21,365 bases of DNA from Nitrospinales bacterium. Lineage in GTDB: Bacteria > Nitrospinota > Nitrospinia > Nitrospinales > JAJDAT01. Numbering within the stretch: position 1 is the first letter of the stretch; every line of letters begins with the position of its first letter. The stretch covers positions 1 to 21,365 of the forward strand of contig JBHHYO010000049.1 of the NCBI GenBank assembly GCA_046757665.1. Direction: 5' to 3'. Below the pieces are notes generated by a model. The model saw only the letters and a program-made list of their open reading frames with translations, searched no databases and was not told the DNA's origin. Below, piece by piece: positions 15,981 through 21,365 of the stretch. Position numbers and translations under genes: made by a program.

Positions 15981-18071
15981 ATGAAGAAGTATCATCAGAA
16001 AGATATCAGAAACGTGGGACTTGTTGGTCATGGTTCGGCCGGAAAAACCTCCGTGGCGGAAGCCATCTTGTTCAATGGAGGTGTCACGGACCGGTTGGGA
16101 AAGGTCGGCGACAATTCATCGGTCATGGATTTTGACCCCGATGAAATCAAGCGAGGGCATTCCATCAGCGCCTCCCTGGCATTTCTGGAATGGGAAGGCC
16201 GCAAAATCAATCTCATCGATACGCCCGGAACCAGCAATTTCATGGCGGACACCCCGGGCTGTCTGCGGGTGGTCGATGGCGCTGTCATCGTCGTCGGCGC
16301 CGACGCGGGCGTTCAGTACTTCACCGAAAAAGCCTGGCAATGGGCCAACGAATGCTCCCTCCGGCCGCTGGTTTTTATCAACAAAATGGATCACGAACAG
16401 GCGAATGTCGATGCCGTTCTCGACGCCATTAAAAAAAGGTTTAAGAAAAACCCGGCGTTGTTGCATGTCCCCGTGGGCGCGGGCGAAGATTTTTCAGGCA
16501 TCGTGGACTTGGTCGACAACCGTTATTATGTGTACGAAAAAGAAGGCGGAACGGGCAAACCCCAGGCGGTGCCGGAAACCTGCCAGGAACAAGTGGAGTC
16601 CCGTCTCGGCGAACTCATGGAAGCGGTCGCCGAATGCGATGAAACGTTGACCGAAAAATATCTCGAAGAAGGTACCCTCTCCACGGAGGAAATGATCTCC
16701 GGATTAAAAAAAGCGGTGCTCGACGGCGAACTGGTTCCGGTATTCTGCGGTTCGGCAACTCTTAACAAGGGAATCGACAGGCTGGTCCAGGGAATAGTCG
16801 ATTACCTTCCCTCCCCGGACCAACACCCGCCAACAAATGTCAAATCGGGAAAAGACAATTCCGAGGTCACCTTCAAGGCCGATGAAAACGGATTTTTCTC
16901 GGCGCAGGTGTATAAAACCATAGCCGATCCCTACGCAGGGAAATTGACGCTGTTTCGGGTTTTTTCGGGAACCGTCAAATCCGATTCCAGCATTTACAAT
17001 GCCACCAAACAAGCCGGCGAACGGGTGGGACAGCTTTTTTTCCTTCAGGGTAAAAAGCAAATCAGCGTGTCGGAGGTCTCGGCCGGAGATTTTGCCACGG
17101 TCCCCAAATTGAAAGTGACGGCGACGGGAGATACCCTGACGACGCCGGGGCAAGAGTACGTTTTTGAACCGATCACTTTTCCCAAGCCTGTCCTGGCCCG
17201 CGCCATGCTTCCCAAAACCCGGTCCGATGAGGAGAAAATCAGCAACGCTCTCAGCCGGCTGTGCGAGGAAGACCCGACTTTGAAGGTGGAAAGAAATCAG
17301 CAGACCAAGGAACTGTTGGTGTCCGGGATGGGGCAGGTCCATCTGGACGTAACCCTTGAGCGGTTGAAGCGCAGGTTCGGCGTTGAGGTGGATGTCAAGG
17401 AGCCGAAAATCCCTTACCTGGAAACCATTCGCGGCTCGACCAAGGTTCAGGGAAAACATAAAAAACAATCCGGAGGACGAGGCCAGTTTGCCGATACCTG
17501 GCTGGAAATCGAACCCTCCCAGAAAGGCGAGGAATTTGTTTTTGTCAATAAAATCGTCGGCGGGGCGATTCCCAAACAATATATCCCCGCTGTGGAAAAA
17601 GGCGTTCATGAAGCGATGAGCAACGGAATATTGGCCGGCTATCCCATGGTTGATATAAAGGTCACCCTTTATGACGGATCGTTCCATACCGTTGACTCCT
17701 CGGAAATGGCTTTTAAAATCGCCGGGTCCATAGGCTTCAAGAAAGGAGTGGTCGATTGCAAACCTATTTTGCTTGAACCGGTGATGCTGATGGAAATCGT
17801 TGTGCCCAGCGAATGCGTGGGTGACGTCATGGGCGACCTCAATGCCAAACGCGGCAAAATCCTCGGTATTGATGCCCGTGAAGAGACCCAGAGCATCCGG
17901 GCGCATGTTCCCATGGCTTCCGTTTTGAATTATGCGCCGGACCTGACTTCGCTGACCGGCGGACGCGGGATTTTCGTTATGGAGTTTTCCCATTACGAAG
18001 ATGTCCCGGAACACATCTCGGCGAAAGTGGTCGCCGAGGCCAACAAGGAAAAAGAACAGGAAAAAGCTTAA
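15981..18071 (+). CDS. fusA: Elongation factor G paralogue (EF-G2 / EF-G II type), outside the str operon
   Basis: Full five-domain EF-G layout: IRNVGLVGH, DTPG, NKMD, EEDPT, SGMGQVHL, KKQSGGRGQF, IVGGAIP, DGSFHTVDSSEMAFK, LLEP. G1, G2 and switch II are divergent. ATG 15981 chosen because the GTG at 15975 lies within the SD. Confidence 0.93.
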   Translation: MKKYHQKDIRNVGLVGHGSAGKTSVAEAILFNGGVTDRLGKVGDNSSVMDFDPDEIKRGHSISASLAFLEWEGRKINLIDTPGTSNFMADTPGCLRVVDGAVIVVGADAGVQYFTEKAWQWANECSLRPLVFINKMDHEQANVDAVLDAIKKRFKKNPALLHVPVGAGEDFSGIVDLVDNRYYVYEKEGGTGKPQAVPETCQEQVESRLGELMEAVAECDETLTEKYLEEGTLSTEEMISGLKKAVLDGELVPVFCGSATLNKGIDRLVQGIVDYLPSPDQHPPTNVKSGKDNSEVTFKADENGFFSAQVYKTIADPYAGKLTLFRVFSGTVKSDSSIYNATKQAGERVGQLFFLQGKKQISVSEVSAGDFATVPKLKVTATGDTLTTPGQEYVFEPITFPKPVLARAMLPKTRSDEEKISNALSRLCEEDPTLKVERNQQTKELLVSGMGQVHLDVTLERLKRRFGVEVDVKEPKIPYLETIRGSTKVQGKHKKQSGGRGQFADTWLEIEPSQKGEEFVFVNKIVGGAIPKQYIPAVEKGVHEAMSNGILAGYPMVDIKVTLYDGSFHTVDSSEMAFKIAGSIGFKKGVVDCKPILLEPVMLMEIVVPSECVGDVMGDLNAKRGKILGIDAREETQSIRAHVPMASVLNYAPDLTSLTGGRGIFVMEFSHYEDVPEHISAKVVAEANKEKEQEKA

Positions 18072-18109
18072 TCCGCGGGAATGTTGCCCCGGAGATTTGG
18101 AAACATCAA

Positions 18110-18430
18110 ATGCCACATTCAAAAAACGCGACAACCAAATCGGACATCGTCGATCGGGTCCATGAAAAAGTCGGATTCACCCGCAAAGAGGCAGTGGATG
18201 CCGTTGAGGTCCTGTTGAAGGAAATCAAATCGAAACTCGGTCGAGGCGAAAACGTCAGGATTTCCGGATTCGCCGGTTTTTATTTAAGGCAGAAAAAAGA
18301 ACGAACCGCGCGCAATCCAAAAACCGGCGAGCTGATTACCATAAAAGCCCGAAGGGTCCTGACTTTCAAGCCCAGCCGGCACCTGCTGGAATCAACCAAC
18401 AGAGCCCCGAATGCGTCCAGAGATTCCTGA
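18110..18430 (+). CDS. ihfA: Integration host factor alpha subunit (HU/IHF family)
   Basis: TKSDIV, GENVRISGF, RNPKTG and ARRVLTFKPS, which are alpha-like; followed by the MerR-type gene usually found after ihfA. Confidence 0.85.
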   Translation: MPHSKNATTKSDIVDRVHEKVGFTRKEAVDAVEVLLKEIKSKLGRGENVRISGFAGFYLRQKKERTARNPKTGELITIKARRVLTFKPSRHLLESTNRAPNASRDS

Positions 18431-18761
18431 CAAGCTGTTCTTCAAGATCGGGGAGGTGGCGGAAACCACGGGAGTGGAAACATACGTCCTCAGGTTTTGG
18501 GAGAATGAATTTGAAATCCTCAAGCCGGGAAAAAACCGCTCCGGGCAACGGCTCTATCAAAAAAAAGATATCGAGCTGATTTTGCAAATTAAAGAACTGC
18601 TTTACGGCGAGAAATACACACTCGCCGGCGCCAAAAAGAAGTTGACGGGAAGAAACCGGCCGGTACAGCAAAACCTGAATTTCGATCCCGATGAACTGGC
18701 CCGATGGAAAAAGGAAATCAAAAAAGACCTCAATTCCATCCTGAAAATCCTGGACCGATGA
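18411..18761 (+). CDS. MerR-family HTH DNA-binding protein (ihfA-linked type)
   Basis: IPDKLFFKIGEVA...YVLRFWENEF...GQRLY...LLYGEKYTLAGAKK; overlaps ihfA by 20 nt. Confidence 0.9.
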   Translation: MRPEIPDKLFFKIGEVAETTGVETYVLRFWENEFEILKPGKNRSGQRLYQKKDIELILQIKELLYGEKYTLAGAKKKLTGRNRPVQQNLNFDPDELARWKKEIKKDLNSILKILDR

Positions 18762-18815
18762 GCGCCGCAAGGAGCCGCCCTCTGCAATTTCTGGTGCGCC
18801 GAAGCGGGTTCTGAT

Positions 18816-20945
18816 TTGATTGTGGGTCACGGGGCGGGGCGTCCGGGTATTCCATGGTTGGTTATGGGATGGTGCATTTTTCTCTGCGCCGGCGATGCGT
18901 TTCCCCAAACTTCCGCCGCGCCGGCGTTTCCGGAAAAGCCATTTGGCCATCGGACGCTCAAGAAGGTTTTCCAACCGATAAACGTCACCGCCACCCGTTC
19001 CCGGAAAACCGTTGCGGACATTCCCGGAGCGGTGAGCCGCATCGACCGTCCGGGCATTCGCAAATTCAAACCCACACTGACATTGAATGAGTCGCTGGCG
19101 GAAGTGCCGGGGGTTTTCTCGCAAAACCCGTTCAACTTCGCCCAGGACCTTCGGTTGGCGATCCGCGGGTTTGGCGCGCGTTCGCCCTTTGGGGTGCGCG
19201 GCATAAAAATACTGGTTGACGGCGTTCCGGAAACCCTGCCCGACGGTCAGACCCAGGTGGACTCCCTCGATCCCGGGATCATCGATCATATCGAAATCAT
19301 CCGCGGCCCTTCCTCCTCGCTCTATGGCAATGCTTCCGGCGGCGTGCTGGCTATTGCCACGGAGGATGGGCCGGAATCGGGTTGGCAAATTTCTCCCCGC
19401 CTCATCTTTGGACAGTTTGGGCTGGCCAAGGAGCAAGTCAAAGTCGCGGGCGCCCAAAACAATTTTCGTTACCGCCTGTATGCGTCGCATCTGAAGTTGA
19501 ACGGATTCCGCGAACACAGCGAAACGGAAAACACGCTGTTCCGGGCGAAATTCCGCGTCGCTTCGGATTCGCGGTCCGACTGGACCCTCAGCTTCAGCCA
19601 TCTGGATTCACCCACGGCCATGGACCCCGGAGCGTTGACGCGGGAGCAGGCGGCATCAAATCCCGCGCAGGCCAATGCGCGCAATCTGCTGTTTGCGGCG
19701 GGCGAGAAAGTGGAACAGCAAAATGCCGGAGTGCGGTACCGCAGATCCGTTTCCGCTCACCATGCCCTGACCGTTACGGCCCATCTCATCCGCAGGGCGT
19801 TCTCCAACAAACTGCCGTTCGTCAGCGGCGGTATCGTCGAGTTCGACCGCATCGCTCCCGGCGTCGGCGTCAAATCGGTTTACAACGGAAACATTTTCGG
19901 CAGGCGCAACCGGTTCATTTCCGGTGTCGACACCCAGTACCAGCGCGACGACCGGCAAAGGTTTAACAACGACCGCGGCGCGAAAAAAGAGATGGTTTTG
20001 AATCAGCTCGAGGAAGTTCTCGGCCTGGGATTCTATCTGAGAGATGAATTGCATCTGACGGAGCAGGTTGAACTGGTGGGCGGCGTGCGTTATGACCGGC
20101 TTCATTTCCGCGTCGGCGACCGCCTCCGGGAAGACGGCGACCAGTCGGGCTCGCGCACGCTTTCGCAAGCCACCGGCACGGCCGGCGCGGTGTATCACTG
20201 GAACGACTCCCTGCATCTTTATGCTAATATGGCGACCGTCTTTGAAACGCCGACCACGACCGAACTGATCAATAATCCAACCGGCGTCGGCGGATTCAAC
20301 CCGGATTTGAATTCCCAGGAATCCGTCAGTTATGAGGTCGGAGCCAAAGGCGCGCTACGGCAAAACATGCGTTACGAGTTGGCCCTGTTTTTCATGACCT
20401 CGGATGACGAGATCGTTCCGTTTGAGTTGCCGGAATCTCCCCGGCGCGCCTTTTTCCGCAACGCCGGCAAGTCGGAGCGCAAGGGCGCGGAACTGTCCAT
20501 AAAGTTCCGGCCCGTGCCGGAGGTGGAAGGCGCCGTGTCTTATGCGTATTCCAACTTCCGGTTTACGGAGTTCGCCGTCGGCGCGGCCGATTTTGGCGGC
20601 AACACCATTCCCGGCATCCCCGAAAACCGCGTTTACGGGAGCCTGAGTTACAGCCACCCGGCGGGACTTTTCGCGGAAGGGAACGTCCAGCGCGTCGGCG
20701 GTTTTTTTGTTGACAACGAAAACCTCCACCAAAACTCCGCCTATACGCTCGCCAACCTGCGAATGGGGTGGAAGAAAAAAATCCGTTCCTTTCGCGGTTC
20801 CGTGTTTTTGGGTTTGAACAATCTGTTGAATGAAACCTATAATGCGAATACAAGAATCAACGCCGCCAACGGCCGGTTCTTCGAGCCCGGCCCGCCGTTC
20901 AATGTTTACGGCGGCATCGCGCTGGTGTACTCGCCGACGTCGTGA
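18816..20945 (+). CDS. TonB-dependent outer membrane receptor, YncD/PqqU-like family
   Basis: TonB-box-like INVTATRS and plug motifs ESLAEVPGV, AQDLRLAIRGFGARSPFGVRGIKILVDGVP and IEIIRGPSSSLYGNASGG. Barrel motifs GVRYD, FETPT, NNLLNETY and FFEPGP. Start uncertain (18816 TTG, 18822 GTG or 18864 ATG). Confidence 0.92.
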   Translation: MIVGHGAGRPGIPWLVMGWCIFLCAGDAFPQTSAAPAFPEKPFGHRTLKKVFQPINVTATRSRKTVADIPGAVSRIDRPGIRKFKPTLTLNESLAEVPGVFSQNPFNFAQDLRLAIRGFGARSPFGVRGIKILVDGVPETLPDGQTQVDSLDPGIIDHIEIIRGPSSSLYGNASGGVLAIATEDGPESGWQISPRLIFGQFGLAKEQVKVAGAQNNFRYRLYASHLKLNGFREHSETENTLFRAKFRVASDSRSDWTLSFSHLDSPTAMDPGALTREQAASNPAQANARNLLFAAGEKVEQQNAGVRYRRSVSAHHALTVTAHLIRRAFSNKLPFVSGGIVEFDRIAPGVGVKSVYNGNIFGRRNRFISGVDTQYQRDDRQRFNNDRGAKKEMVLNQLEEVLGLGFYLRDELHLTEQVELVGGVRYDRLHFRVGDRLREDGDQSGSRTLSQATGTAGAVYHWNDSLHLYANMATVFETPTTTELINNPTGVGGFNPDLNSQESVSYEVGAKGALRQNMRYELALFFMTSDDEIVPFELPESPRRAFFRNAGKSERKGAELSIKFRPVPEVEGAVSYAYSNFRFTEFAVGAADFGGNTIPGIPENRVYGSLSYSHPAGLFAEGNVQRVGGFFVDNENLHQNSAYTLANLRMGWKKKIRSFRGSVFLGLNNLLNETYNANTRINAANGRFFEPGPPFNVYGGIALVYSPTS

Positions 20946-20975
20946 TTCGAAATTTTCGAGGAACACGCAATTGCC

Positions 20976-21344
20976 ATGTACGAAGTCACCGTAAAAACCA
21001 TGTTTTCCGCCGCCCACCGGCTCAAGGGCTATGACGGGCGGTACGAAAACCTGCATGGTCACAATTGGATCGCCATTGTAACCGTACGGGCGCGGGAACT
21101 GGACTCCATGGAAGTGGGTATCGATTTCGTGCAACTCAAAAAAAAGGTTGAGGAAGTCCTGGCGCGTTTGGATTACAAGACCATCAACGACGTTCCCCCC
21201 TTCGACAAGCAGAACCCGTCCGCCGAAAACATCGCCCGCTGGCTTTTCAAAACGCTGGCGGCGGATATCGATTCCCAAGCGGTAAAAATCCACCGCGTCG
21301 AGATCAAGGAATTCGAGGATTGCGGCGCCGCTTACTTCGAGTAG
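20976..21344 (+). CDS. queD: 6-pyruvoyl-tetrahydropterin synthase / QueD-family (COG0720) T-fold protein; active-site motif is PTPS-III-like rather than canonical QueD
   Basis: FSAAHRL, HGHNW, IDF, NPSAENIA and a terminal Glu (IKE). The Cys expected in CxxxHGH is Tyr (YENLHGH), so the symbol indicates family only. Confidence 0.8.
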   Translation: MYEVTVKTMFSAAHRLKGYDGRYENLHGHNWIAIVTVRARELDSMEVGIDFVQLKKKVEEVLARLDYKTINDVPPFDKQNPSAENIARWLFKTLAADIDSQAVKIHRVEIKEFEDCGAAYFE

Positions 21345-21365
21345 GGCTGGCGGATGCGCCCTCTA

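Noticed and set aside
18762..18860. tRNA-Pro often found after ihfA-merR
   Set aside because: No cloverleaf, T-loop (GTTCRA) or CCA end found.
20947..20959. Palindrome TCGAAA-T-TTTCGA between the receptor and the PTPS gene
   Set aside because: Short single copy with no associated promoter elements; cannot be distinguished from chance.
21341..21365. GTAG followed by an AGGGC...GCCCT stem as a REP element or terminator
   Set aside because: Single copy, 5-bp stem, truncated by the window edge.

Overview
Gene-dense chromosomal window from a GC-rich diderm bacterium; a deltaproteobacterial or Nitrospinota-like origin is inferred from gene content, not established. Gene order: MFS transporter (-), cinA (+), rhomboid protease (-), an 802-aa NACHT/STAND NTPase with a C-terminal FGE-sulfatase domain, the riboflavin operon ribD-ribE-ribBA-ribH-nusB, a metallophosphoesterase, a TPR-amidase, der, a ~800-aa metallo-beta-lactamase-fold hydrolase with two cNMP-binding domains, a stand-alone divergent EF-G paralogue, ihfA plus a MerR-type HTH gene, a YncD/PqqU-like TonB-dependent receptor, and a QueD/PTPS-family protein. 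I found no rRNA, tRNA, CRISPR array, transposase or reverse transcriptase. Best candidates for new biology: (1) an NLR-like NACHT-FGE protein with no obvious effector sitting in front of the rib operon; (2) a probable cyclic-nucleotide-gated MBL phosphodiesterase or nuclease overlapping der; (3) a 'queD' lacking the catalytic Cys and carrying the PTPS-III ExxHGH motif; (4) three extended -10 elements lying 7-8 nt before an ATG, one heading an attenuator-like leader with two uORFs.
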